The notes beneath the pieces were generated by a model. That model had not been told where the DNA came from and did not search any database. It was given only the letters and a program-made list of their open reading frames with translations. Positions 8,505 to 16,621 of a DNA stretch of 64,000 bases are shown here, piece after piece. Each line of letters begins with the position of its first letter. Position 1 is the stretch's first letter. The stretch is taken from IMG/VR virus record IMGVR_UViG_3300045988_180190. One strand, written 5' to 3'. The stretch is from a virus. The position numbers and the translations under genes were made by a program.

Positions 8505-10665
8505 GCAAATATTGCTTTCTTACTTCAATAATACTATGGTTAGCGGCATAGTCTTGGCTTTTGGTTTTTAGCCAATTTACAAATAAAACTTCATCTTGGT
8601 CGATAAATGTTTGTTTTAAATTGTTTCTAGCGTAACCTTGCATTATACCTCTGAAACGTTTCCACTTTTTATAGAAATTGGTTTTAAACTTAAACCTAAA
8701 GTTGTTTGCATCCACAAACACAAAGCCTTCGTGTCTTAGTCTCTTTTCGTTTTCCAATTTCGTTAATTCCTTTTCCAAGCTACTCCAATTATCATAGGTC
8801 TTATACAATTCCTTATATGGCATACCCCAAGAATCAGCAAGCTTTACCAGCTCAGGATAAGGTACATACGTTTCAGAAAAATCATTGCTTATAATATCCA
8901 AGAGAACAATCTTTGGGACATCATATTCAATTATATGGGGATCATTCTTAGGATCAATGACTTCGAAAATTAGCGTTACATTATTTTCCTTTGCATACTG
9001 TAGTGCATTTTCACAGAATATATAGCTATAAAACAAAAGCTTAAACCAATCTGCGTGCTCTCCTTTATTTGTTGATTTTGAGGAAATAAATGGTTTTTGC
9101 TTTTCTTTATCCCAACTTACTAATCCCAAGAATCCATTTTCTTTTTTGTAAGCAGTTACAGGAAACACTAAGTTTTTGCTCAAAGCAGCTAATGAGGTCG
9201 TATTGTTCTCTTTGAGGTTAAAAAACTTCTCATAGCTTCTTGCTATGATTTCATCACCTCTGCAGAACAAGCCCCTAGCTTTTACACGCATTGTATCCCA
9301 GGCTTTTGACAGAAACACGTCTCTGCTAAACTTGTAGGATACTATGTCATCTTCAAGCTTCTGTTTTAGTATATGCTTATCATTGTTTAACGATTTAATT
9401 ATTTCATTATTAGATTCCGGGTCATTTAATTGCCTTACTGTAACTGGAGCGGGCTTATGCACAGGGTTTTCAAAACTAAGAATTCTCGTTTTGCATTCCC
9501 CACACACTTCTCTGAGTTCTAGCACTCGCAAGGGTTCTCCATATTCTACCGCTGAGTTCAAGTTAATAACTTGATCCTCTGCATTGGGAACAGTATGTTC
9601 AAGATTCCTATGCCCATGTGCCTGGCATATGAAATCTGGATATCTTGACTTCCAAGCTTCCGCTACTTGCGATACGTCCTCATACTTCCCGACTCCCTTT
9701 ATGTACTCTACAGTCGATAGCTTAAGACTCGGCAGCACAGGAATACCCCCATGGGTTACTAGCCAGGTTTTATCATGATAATTGAAAAACGCTAGTTGAC
9801 CTAGAGACCTGCAGAATTGCCTAATGTCAGATACATCTATAGATTTGATTTGTGGGAGCGTATTGTCCCTAAACTCACTAGATCTAATCTTCTCAAAATC
9901 TTTTGGATCTTTCGAAGAATAATACCTAAGCCAAGCTTCGTGATTGCCTTCCAGACACAATACGTTTTTATTTTTGGAAATCTCTATGAAAAATTCCAAG
10001 GTTTCCTTGTTTTGGATACCCCTATCTATGTAGTCTCCTACAAAGATATATTTATTGTTTTCACTGAAAGGATTTTCCTTGAAGAACGCTTTTATAGGTT
10101 CTACGCAACCATGTATATCTCCAAATATATAGATTTTTTCAGCACTGCTATAATCTATTGGACTGAACCTCGAAATCATATCCAATGCTGCTTCAGGAGA
10201 TACAATGTGATATGCAGACTTCACTTGGTTATTCTCCGAGTTAAATACCGCATACATTTTGCGGATAACATGCTCAGGAACTACTTTATATCCAGTTCTA
10301 CCCGCATTTCTTCTGATGCATTCCTCCTCGGATATGTTCGTAAAATCTACAACAAAGACTCTATACCTATATTTTTCGATTAGATGCTTGTAAGCATTAA
10401 GCAACTCCCGTTTATAATGGGTGGCACCAATGATCACCATGTCACCATTTGACATTCTAAGCTCTAGGGTTTCTTTTAGCAAAGCCCATACCTTACTGTC
10501 CATTCTCTGGCTGATTCCAAGTTCTCCCGATGTATTAAGCACGGGAGAAGACATCATTGTGCGGATATTATCAGCACAAAGCGTATATGGCTCCAGCTCA
10601 TTATTCTTTATCCAAGTTGATTTTCCAGAGCCAGGAGCTCCTCTTAGCAAAAACAATGTACGCAT
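8467..10665 (-). CDS. pnkp: Trifunctional RNA repair enzyme: polynucleotide kinase, metallophosphatase and ligase (bacterial Pnkp-like architecture)
   Basis: 732 aa. N-terminal P-loop kinase GAPGSGKST. Central PPP-type phosphoesterase motifs GDIHGC, GDYIDRG, GNHE, THGG, GH. C-terminal domain has a nucleotidyltransferase motif-I-like YKKENGFLG (KxxG). Confidence 0.75.
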   Translation of the reverse strand: MRTLFLLRGAPGSGKSTWIKNNELEPYTLCADNIRTMMSSPVLNTSGELGISQRMDSKVWALLKETLELRMSNGDMVIIGATHYKRELLNAYKHLIEKYRYRVFVVDFTNISEEECIRRNAGRTGYKVVPEHVIRKMYAVFNSENNQVKSAYHIVSPEAALDMISRFSPIDYSSAEKIYIFGDIHGCVEPIKAFFKENPFSENNKYIFVGDYIDRGIQNKETLEFFIEISKNKNVLCLEGNHEAWLRYYSSKDPKDFEKIRSSEFRDNTLPQIKSIDVSDIRQFCRSLGQLAFFNYHDKTWLVTHGGIPVLPSLKLSTVEYIKGVGKYEDVSQVAEAWKSRYPDFICQAHGHRNLEHTVPNAEDQVINLNSAVEYGEPLRVLELREVCGECKTRILSFENPVHKPAPVTVRQLNDPESNNEIIKSLNNDKHILKQKLEDDIVSYKFSRDVFLSKAWDTMRVKARGLFCRGDEIIARSYEKFFNLKENNTTSLAALSKNLVFPVTAYKKENGFLGLVSWDKEKQKPFISSKSTNKGEHADWFKLLFYSYIFCENALQYAKENNVTLIFEVIDPKNDPHIIEYDVPKIVLLDIISNDFSETYVPYPELVKLADSWGMPYKELYKTYDNWSSLEKELTKLENEKRLRHEGFVFVDANNFRFKFKTNFYKKWKRFRGIMQGYARNNLKQTFIDQDEVLFVNWLKTKSQDYAANHSIIEVRKQYLHETNSKNACQKS

Positions 10666-10673
10666 AGTAATAG

Positions 10674-11561
10674 TTATAGTTTTAATATGGTTAATACTAT
10701 ATGAGATTGGTCTGATTCTATTAACCCTATTTTTGTTTCTTCTTTTGGGTCATTAGTAAGCCAATCATATAGTTTTTGAGTGTTTAAGGTAAAGCTTTCT
10801 GGGTCTTCTGCAGGAGGTTTCAACAATCTGGTTGCTGCCTCTTTTTCCCAAGCTTTCATCAATTCCGTTTTAAACTCAGGTAGAGTACCTTTGTACTTGT
10901 GCATTTCCCCTACAAAAGTATTGCAAGGATCAGACAAGTCTGAAATCTGATACACAAATTGAAATAGGCGTCTGTCACTGACAGGGCATTTGTCCATTGC
11001 TTCATAGCTTGATTTACACTCCGCAATACACTCTTCTTCAGACAGAAACCCACAGCAACCATCTACGATATCTCCGGTTTCTAGGTCTTCGATTGTGTAT
11101 TCCCAGATGTCCCCTTCAACATACCTGAAATAACTCGAGACAATTCCTTTGAGTGTTTGTTCTAGGCATCTCAAGTCTATGATCCCAATTTTATCCGCAA
11201 GTGTTTGATCATTGTAATACACAAGGAAGCCTAATAGACCAGAATCAAAATAATCATTGAATGGAGTCCAGGACAATGCTATACCACTGTGCTCATACAT
11301 GTATATAGGCACAAACCTCCATTTAGATTCAGGATTTGCCTCTTCGGATTCCTTCCAATCTACAAACTCCCCAACGTCTTTAAATCTTGAAGGAAGATTC
11401 CAACTCATATCATATCTGCTGTGTGCAGCTTCTATGAAAAACATTGGAAGCTCAGATTCTGCTTCCGTGGGAGGAGTGTCCCACCAACTCCTTGGGTCTT
11501 CTGGTTCTGTATCTGGTCTTACAGAAAGTTTATATCCGTCTTTTGTTATTAAATTAAACAT
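10674..11561 (-). CDS. Hypothetical acidic protein
   Basis: 295-aa ORF. It contains a conserved-looking block, PIYMYEHSGIALSW...FDSGLLGFLVY, that I cannot assign to a named family. Confidence 0.55.
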   Translation of the reverse strand: MFNLITKDGYKLSVRPDTEPEDPRSWWDTPPTEAESELPMFFIEAAHSRYDMSWNLPSRFKDVGEFVDWKESEEANPESKWRFVPIYMYEHSGIALSWTPFNDYFDSGLLGFLVYYNDQTLADKIGIIDLRCLEQTLKGIVSSYFRYVEGDIWEYTIEDLETGDIVDGCCGFLSEEECIAECKSSYEAMDKCPVSDRRLFQFVYQISDLSDPCNTFVGEMHKYKGTLPEFKTELMKAWEKEAATRLLKPPAEDPESFTLNTQKLYDWLTNDPKEETKIGLIESDQSHIVLTILKL

Positions 11562-11564
11562 ATT

Positions 11565-11795
11565 TTAAATCTTCGTAGTTGTGCGTTTAATTAATTCTTC
11601 ACATTGTCTTGTGGGCAAATACGCCCATAAGACGACATTATCGATATAAGTATCAATCATGCTATCATAGAATTGCCCTTCATATTCGTCCCAGAGCAAG
11701 ACTTTAAACCCATTAGATGGAGAGTATGTTAGACATTCCTCCCCATCTACGGGGGCTTCAAACAATAGCTGATGAAAGTCTATTGTTGTCTGCAT
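11565..11795 (-). CDS. Hypothetical protein
   Basis: 76-aa ORF, tightly spaced with its neighbours. Confidence 0.5.
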   Translation of the reverse strand: MQTTIDFHQLLFEAPVDGEECLTYSPSNGFKVLLWDEYEGQFYDSMIDTYIDNVVLWAYLPTRQCEELIKRTTTKI

Positions 11796-11796
11796 T

Positions 11797-12645
11797 TTAT
11801 TCTTTATGGTTATTGATGCGATAATTTTCTATTAGCTGCTTAGTTTCGGTTGCAGCTTTAATCAGACTGTCCAACCAATCAACATGAAATCTTGTTTTAT
11901 GATAGAAATGCCCATCGTCTTCTATCAGTAGCTCCACTATACGTGGGACCTTATGACTTCCAACTACTCTAAAAGCGAAGACATCTTGCAAAGATGTAAA
12001 CTCTTTTCTGTAATCATCTAAGTCATCCGGTTCTGCACCTTCCTTATCCTGAATCCTTAGTGCAGGATTGAAGTTGCTAATCTGGTGATATCTTTGCTCT
12101 TGGCTATATACAAATTTTTGAGCGGGCTTATCCTCAAGTAGTTTCCACATTTGAGAGCATGTCTCTTCAAAATCTTCGTATCTTTCTGCGTCAATTAGAT
12201 CTATCGCTTCTTTATAGGCATCGTAATTGTCCTCATGCGTTTTCTGTGCAGTTGTGTCTAGAGATCCCTTGATCCACAACCATTCGTTTTCAGCTGCCTC
12301 AACCAGCTCTGCTCTCAGTAGCTGATATTCTTCTTTGGAATGTGTCTTTTCCTTACTCATAATATTCTCCTTTTGCGCTTGCGTTTGCGTGGTTATTGTT
12401 TGCTCATTCTGTTCATCTTTATAGATGTCTGATTTGCAAATAGAAATTTTATTTAGTTTAAATGTATCATCACATATGTCATTGTCATACGTGAACTTAT
12501 ATTCTACGTCCGGGGAGGTTTTTCCCTTACGTATAGCTTCACTAAATTTCTTCATTGCCTCCTCTATAGAGTCGGCTTTAACTTTAGCAACGCCCCCTGA
12601 AAACATAAGCGTTGATGCATCAAATGTTATTTTATATGTATTCAT
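11797..12645 (-). CDS. Hypothetical protein; N-terminal ~70 aa belong to a small domain repeated in two neighbouring genes
   Basis: 282 aa. The N-terminus, YKITFDASTLMFSGGVAKVKADSIEEAMKKFSEAI, resembles the products of 12651..12890 and 13550..13765. Confidence 0.55.
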   Translation of the reverse strand: MNTYKITFDASTLMFSGGVAKVKADSIEEAMKKFSEAIRKGKTSPDVEYKFTYDNDICDDTFKLNKISICKSDIYKDEQNEQTITTQTQAQKENIMSKEKTHSKEEYQLLRAELVEAAENEWLWIKGSLDTTAQKTHEDNYDAYKEAIDLIDAERYEDFEETCSQMWKLLEDKPAQKFVYSQEQRYHQISNFNPALRIQDKEGAEPDDLDDYRKEFTSLQDVFAFRVVGSHKVPRIVELLIEDDGHFYHKTRFHVDWLDSLIKAATETKQLIENYRINNHKE

Positions 12646-12650
12646 TGTGT

Positions 12651-12890
12651 TTACTCCTTTATTGTATTATTTTTTTCTATTCTTATTTTGTTTACCTTAT
12701 AGGTATTGGCACAATACTCGGGGTCGCTTGAAAAGTAGGCTTCAACATCTTCATCAACATTGTCGCAATAAATCACTGTCCTAAGCTTTTCCTTAGCTTC
12801 TTTTAACGATTTTGCTCTCACCTGTGCATGTCCTCCAGATAGAATCTTTTCCTCACAGAAAAATTCTAAATTATAAATTTTTGTTTTCAT
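12651..12890 (-). CDS. Hypothetical small protein, member of the same small-domain family
   Basis: 79 aa. ILSGGHAQVRAKSLKEAKEKLRTVI parallels the N-terminus of the 11797..12645 product. Confidence 0.5.
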   Translation of the reverse strand: MKTKIYNLEFFCEEKILSGGHAQVRAKSLKEAKEKLRTVIYCDNVDEDVEAYFSSDPEYCANTYKVNKIRIEKNNTIKE

Positions 12891-12896
12891 AAATTA

Positions 12897-13253
12897 TTAA
12901 AAATCTGGTAGTTGTACAAATTTAAGGCAAATATATGTCTTTGCTATATAACCGTTTGGAAGCAAATCATATTGATTGCCAGTATATTGCTCAAGTTGCT
13001 TAATGACTTTTAATCCTATTTGTTCGTCAAAAGGAATTTTGCTTTTAGAAAGCAAACTTAATGTTGCCTCAACTGTTTTTACTTTCGTTATGTTTAAAGA
13101 AAAATTGCAAGATTCACAAAGTAGTAAATCTTGCAATTTGTTACGCTTTATGTTTAAGCGTGCTGTATGGATTTCCCATAAGTGTTTTCCGCATTTAGGA
13201 CATCTACAGGATTGCAATAACCGTTCTACAACCTGCAAATCTTTTCTGTTCAT
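12897..13253 (-). CDS. Hypothetical zinc-ribbon protein
   Basis: 118 aa with CPKCG ... CESCN, two CxxC pairs. Confidence 0.5.
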   Translation of the reverse strand: MNRKDLQVVERLLQSCRCPKCGKHLWEIHTARLNIKRNKLQDLLLCESCNFSLNITKVKTVEATLSLLSKSKIPFDEQIGLKVIKQLEQYTGNQYDLLPNGYIAKTYICLKFVQLPDF

Positions 13254-13540
13254 ACGTCTAATATATATTCCTTTAAAAAGTTTTGCTGAAATTTGCTTAG
13301 TGGTTTTAGCGCTGTATAATAAGCATACATTTTCTTGTTAGTCCCAAAAAGTTCACACGGAAAAAATACGTCGTATTCATCTTTAATTGTAATTTTTTCT
13401 GCAATATCTCCCATTTTTACAATCATTGGAAGACTTGTGAAGTGTACGTCTTTTTTGTTTTCTGTGTATGATCCATATAAAACAAACAAATCACCTTTGC
13501 GAATTGGAATTCCGTTGCTATGTCGATCTTCTAATTTCAT
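13250..13540 (-). CDS. Hypothetical protein
   Basis: 96-aa ORF with a 4-nt overlap with the downstream gene. Confidence 0.5.
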   Translation of the reverse strand: MKLEDRHSNGIPIRKGDLFVLYGSYTENKKDVHFTSLPMIVKMGDIAEKITIKDEYDVFFPCELFGTNKKMYAYYTALKPLSKFQQNFLKEYILDV

Positions 13541-13549
13541 CTTTACAGC

Positions 13550-13765
13550 TTAAAGTTTTTCTACGTTGTCTATAGAAAAATCTCCCGTGAGATAATCAGG
13601 ACTGCCATAAAGGTCATCCAACTCTCCATCTTCTTCCATTTTATTCACCTTATCAATAGCCTCCTGAGCTGTGGAAGCTTGAATCTCTATTTGACCATAT
13701 TGTACACTTGATTGCTCAAGTGAGAATCTTACAATAAATGTTGTTTCTTTGTCTTTCTTTTTCAT
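13550..13765 (-). CDS. Hypothetical small protein, third member of the small-domain family
   Basis: 71 aa. VQYGQIEIQASTAQEAIDKVNKM parallels the GG.A.V.A.S.EEA..K pattern of the other two members. Confidence 0.5.
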   Translation of the reverse strand: MKKKDKETTFIVRFSLEQSSVQYGQIEIQASTAQEAIDKVNKMEEDGELDDLYGSPDYLTGDFSIDNVEKL

Positions 13766-13778
13766 AGCCTAATGTAAG

Positions 13779-14081
13779 TTAAAAACGCAGCCTCACTTCA
13801 AATCCTATATAGTTTTTACTAAAATCAAACTTAGGGTAAACTAATACGTTTAAATTTTGCAAGTTTGATTTATCAAGTTTTTGTTCCACGGCTTCTTTTA
13901 TCTTTGAATAAATGTCAACTACATTTTTATCTTCAAGGTTTCCGTCTTTAGAAAAATAATTTTTACTCGATAAATAGTAGCTACGAGTATCGTTAGGATT
14001 TTTTACAATTGCCTCGCCGACTTGTTCAGCCTCCTTAACAAGTCGCTTAGTGGCAAACATTCGTTTTATAGTTTTTATCAT
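13779..14081 (-). CDS. Hypothetical protein (start moved to an internal ATG)
   Basis: The track ORF 13779..14159 overlaps the upstream phosphoesterase gene by 82 nt. The ATG at 14081 (MIKTIKRM...) reduces this to a 4-nt start/stop overlap with that gene's stop (14078). Confidence 0.45.
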   Translation of the reverse strand: MIKTIKRMFATKRLVKEAEQVGEAIVKNPNDTRSYYLSSKNYFSKDGNLEDKNVVDIYSKIKEAVEQKLDKSNLQNLNVLVYPKFDFSKNYIGFEVRLRF

Positions 14082-14974
14082 ATTGAAAATGTGGTGTTTA
14101 ACGATTTTTTTGCAGTTTTTATCTCGGCAAGATTTCTTGGGTTTATATAGCCTAAACAAGACTTAAATAGTTTTGTTTGTCCAATTTTATATTTCCCTAT
14201 CCCGTGAGCATGTCCGCACACCCAAGCATTAGGTTTCATGTCTTTTATCAGATCACTTAAATCTGAAGCATACGCATGATTTATTTCTTTGTAAAACGGA
14301 TTATTATATTTATCCGACAGCAAGTCCGGGCTAGGCAAGTGATGAGTTACAATAACAGTCTTTATATTTTTAGAAAGGGATTTAGTAAAGTAGCAATTTT
14401 GCAGAAAGTCCAATGCTCCATAGTGGAGCTCTATGACTCTTCCAATCGAAATACGGCTATTCTTGTCCCACCAACAATTTATGTAATCATTCATGTAAGT
14501 CATAATTTGACCATATGCCTCATAAGGTATGAATGACCACAGAGTTGTACACATTATATAGGCTATTTTATAATTTAACTTTAGATGAACATCTAACATC
14601 CATGGATCGATAACCTGTATATCTTCACCCTTGCCATAGGCTATGTATACACTTCGATTGTTCAATAGTCTTACGTTGGGTCGAAGACTAACGTCTAAAT
14701 ATTGCCTTTCACCTAGGTAAGGGGAGTCTATACCTCCGTAGTACTCATGGTTTCCTGGAACAATAATAGTATATTTCCAATTTTTAGAAAAATAATCTAA
14801 AAATTCGTCAGCATAATCTTGATAGGTACAAACATTTTCTGTGTGCCTAGTGAGATAAGCCAAATCTCCAGCGATAACTAAGATATCACCAGATGGCTTT
14901 ATTGGGTTTTCTCTAAGGAATTTTCGGTTATCACTGAATTCCAGATGTAAGTCCGATATGTATTGTATTTTCAT
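14078..14974 (-). CDS. Calcineurin-like metallophosphoesterase
   Basis: 298 aa with the ordered motifs SDLHLE, IAGDL, PGNHEYY, THH, CGHAHG. Confidence 0.75.
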   Translation of the reverse strand: MKIQYISDLHLEFSDNRKFLRENPIKPSGDILVIAGDLAYLTRHTENVCTYQDYADEFLDYFSKNWKYTIIVPGNHEYYGGIDSPYLGERQYLDVSLRPNVRLLNNRSVYIAYGKGEDIQVIDPWMLDVHLKLNYKIAYIMCTTLWSFIPYEAYGQIMTYMNDYINCWWDKNSRISIGRVIELHYGALDFLQNCYFTKSLSKNIKTVIVTHHLPSPDLLSDKYNNPFYKEINHAYASDLSDLIKDMKPNAWVCGHAHGIGKYKIGQTKLFKSCLGYINPRNLAEIKTAKKSLNTTFSI

Positions 14975-14977
14975 TTA

Positions 14978-15370
14978 TCAATTTCTACCTGTTAGTGCTT
15001 TGATATCGTCTTCTATGTCTTTTACAGTATCCCCCTCATTCACACGCTGTTGCAGCTCCCATATTTTTTCTTGGGCTTCTTCTGATATAGTTTGATCTTC
15101 TGGACTAAGAAAAACACGAGTCTCTTCAATTAAATTTTGGGCCTCTGCCCAATTCTTTATCCATGATTCAATCTCTGGAGATACCTCATAGTCCATGTTA
15201 CCTTTGTAACTTGCAGATTCTTCAGCTTCTAGACTTTCCAAAATATCAGAAGCCATTTGCATTCTTATTCCACTTGTTTCGGGGACCCAATCCAGAAATG
15301 AGTTTTTCTTGTAGATTTTCAATAGCGATGCGACATCATTAACGTTTAATACAATCAATTCTTCATCCAT
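14978..15370 (-). CDS. Hypothetical acidic protein
   Basis: 130-aa ORF. No motif recognised. Confidence 0.5.
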   Translation of the reverse strand: MDEELIVLNVNDVASLLKIYKKNSFLDWVPETSGIRMQMASDILESLEAEESASYKGNMDYEVSPEIESWIKNWAEAQNLIEETRVFLSPEDQTISEEAQEKIWELQQRVNEGDTVKDIEDDIKALTGRN

Positions 15371-15384
15371 AATTTTTTTCCCAT

Positions 15385-15422
15385 ATACACGCCAAATAGG
15401 TTACGTCTTCTATTGGTAGTTT
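15385..15422. repeat. Left copy of a 38-bp perfect direct repeat flanking a 373-bp insert
   Basis: ATACACGCCAAATAGGTTACGTCTTCTATTGGTAGTTT recurs identically at 15796..15833. Confidence 0.9.
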
Positions 15423-15452
15423 ATTCATTGATAATCCCGAAAGGATACGTAA

Positions 15453-15476
15453 TAGCTTGTCTAGTGAGTAGTTGAC
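15453..15476 (+). repeat. Solitary IS200/IS605 right-end-like sequence
   Basis: TAGCTTGTCTAGTGAGTAGTTGAC is identical over 24 nt to the right end of the tnpB-only element (28816..28839). The left arm of the hairpin is degenerate here. Confidence 0.7.
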
Positions 15477-15739
15477 TTAATTTTGCAAGGACAAGATTCT
15501 GCATGAATAATGTGGACACCACCATCAGTTGTTCCTGCTCTTACAATAATATATTCATGGCCTTTGATTATGTATAGTTCTACTACCTTGATGCGACCAT
15601 TCCACAAACACATTGCATCAACGCGTTTAATGTGTTTTGTTTTATTAGTGTTATTAGTAGGAGTATTATTGCACTTGGGACAACCCCATGTAACAGTGCA
15701 CAGTGCAATAGTGCATATAAGTGTAATTATTGATTTCAT
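15461..15739 (-). CDS. Small Cys-rich secreted protein or lipoprotein candidate carried by the 373-bp insert
   Basis: From the internal ATG, MKSIITLICTIALCTVTWGCPKCNN..., there is a hydrophobic signal-like N-terminus followed by Cys. The last codons and the stop are supplied by the IS-end-like sequence. Confidence 0.4.
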   Translation of the reverse strand: MKSIITLICTIALCTVTWGCPKCNNTPTNNTNKTKHIKRVDAMCLWNGRIKVVELYIIKGHEYIIVRAGTTDGGVHIIHAESCPCKIKSTTH

Positions 15740-15795
15740 TTCTTTTCTTTTGATTTTGTTTAAAGTTGGTAGACCTGGTGGGACACGACCCCACA

Positions 15796-15833
15796 ATACA
15801 CGCCAAATAGGTTACGTCTTCTATTGGTAGTTT
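15796..15833. repeat. Right copy of the 38-bp perfect direct repeat
   Basis: Identical to 15385..15422. Confidence 0.9.
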
Positions 15834-15837
15834 TCCA

Positions 15838-16125
15838 TTAAAGCTCCTTAATGATTTCAATGCGGCTAAATCTAGCATTTTCGCCAAGGAGCCATCTCTT
15901 AGGAACGAAAACCTCTTCAGGCAGCCAATGTACTGCATCAGAACCTTCAGGATCCCGAATTTCAATTTTATAATAACGTTCATCCTTACTGACTTCAGCT
16001 ATTTGCAATACCTTCACTTCTAAATATATGACAATATTAATGCGTTCGCCTCTATCTTTGAAATACAGTTCACTTTCATCTACGCTTGCTAAATATGTCT
16101 TTCCTTCTTCTAGTAGTATTTCCAT
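15838..16125 (-). CDS. Hypothetical protein
   Basis: 95-aa ORF downstream of the tRNA cluster. No motif recognised. Confidence 0.5.
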   Translation of the reverse strand: MEILLEEGKTYLASVDESELYFKDRGERINIVIYLEVKVLQIAEVSKDERYYKIEIRDPEGSDAVHWLPEEVFVPKRWLLGENARFSRIEIIKEL

Positions 16126-16164
16126 TTTAACGACTCCTTTTTTAGTTTAGGTTCATCAAATAAA

Positions 16165-16237
16165 AGCCAGCTGTCGGGGTTGAACCGACAACCTTCGCTT
16201 TACAGGAGCGTTGCTCTACCAATTGAGCTAAGCTGGC
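16165..16237 (-). tRNA. tRNA-Thr (anticodon UGU), with an unusual C at position 33 in my fold
   Basis: Acceptor GCCAGCT/AGCTGGC. D-arm GCTC-AATTGGTA-GAGC. Anticodon loop CCTGTAA. T-arm GTCGG-TTCAACC-CCGAC. Confidence 0.7.
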
Positions 16238-16621
16238 GTTAAAGGGTTAACCCGCAGAGAAAACCGAAAACTGCGGGAGCAGCTTAGGGGACTGGCTGCC
16301 ACAGTCGTAGGAAAAAATAAATTGGGGATTTATTAGCTTATTAAAACATTAAAGTTTCTATCACCCTGAACCGCTTAAAGCGATCAGATGGTGTCCCCGA
16401 AAGCTACTTGCCTAACCTAATTACAAGCCCGTGGAAGTTGAGGGTTTTTGTGTGCAATTTCAGTCTTCATCCGAATTTGCCCTTGTTTATTGCATTTAAA
16501 CTAAATATTCAAATGCAACTATTTAGACTATCTCCACTTTCTCCGACTCTCACCCTGAAGATAGGTGGTTTCATCCCTCGGAACAAGGATTAGCGAAATG
16601 CTTGAAAATGAACTAAAATAA
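16238..16621 (-). ncRNA. Candidate structured non-coding RNA, class not identified
   Basis: 384 bp with no ORF of 60 aa or more on the gene strand. It lies exactly between two same-strand tRNAs. It is locally GC-enriched for this genome and contains several stems, for example CCCGCAG/CTGCGGG, GCAGC/GCTGC and CACCCTGA/TCAG-ATGGTG. Strand is assumed from the neighbours. Confidence 0.3.

Noticed and set aside
9817-10383. Plus-strand ORFs nested inside long minus-strand genes (for example 9817..10383, 5608..5964, 10421..10756, 12425..12784, 37346..37708, 43715..44092, 45122..45460)
   Set aside because: Their products are low-complexity or Leu/Ser/Phe-rich, as expected from antisense reading of AT-rich coding DNA. 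They lack starts with ribosome-binding sites, and each is fully covered by a convincing opposite-strand gene.
15666-15983. 105-aa minus-strand ORF spanning the right copy of the 38-bp repeat
   Set aside because: It overlaps both the 15838..16125 gene and the insert ORF in other frames, crosses the duplication boundary, and has an implausible composition.
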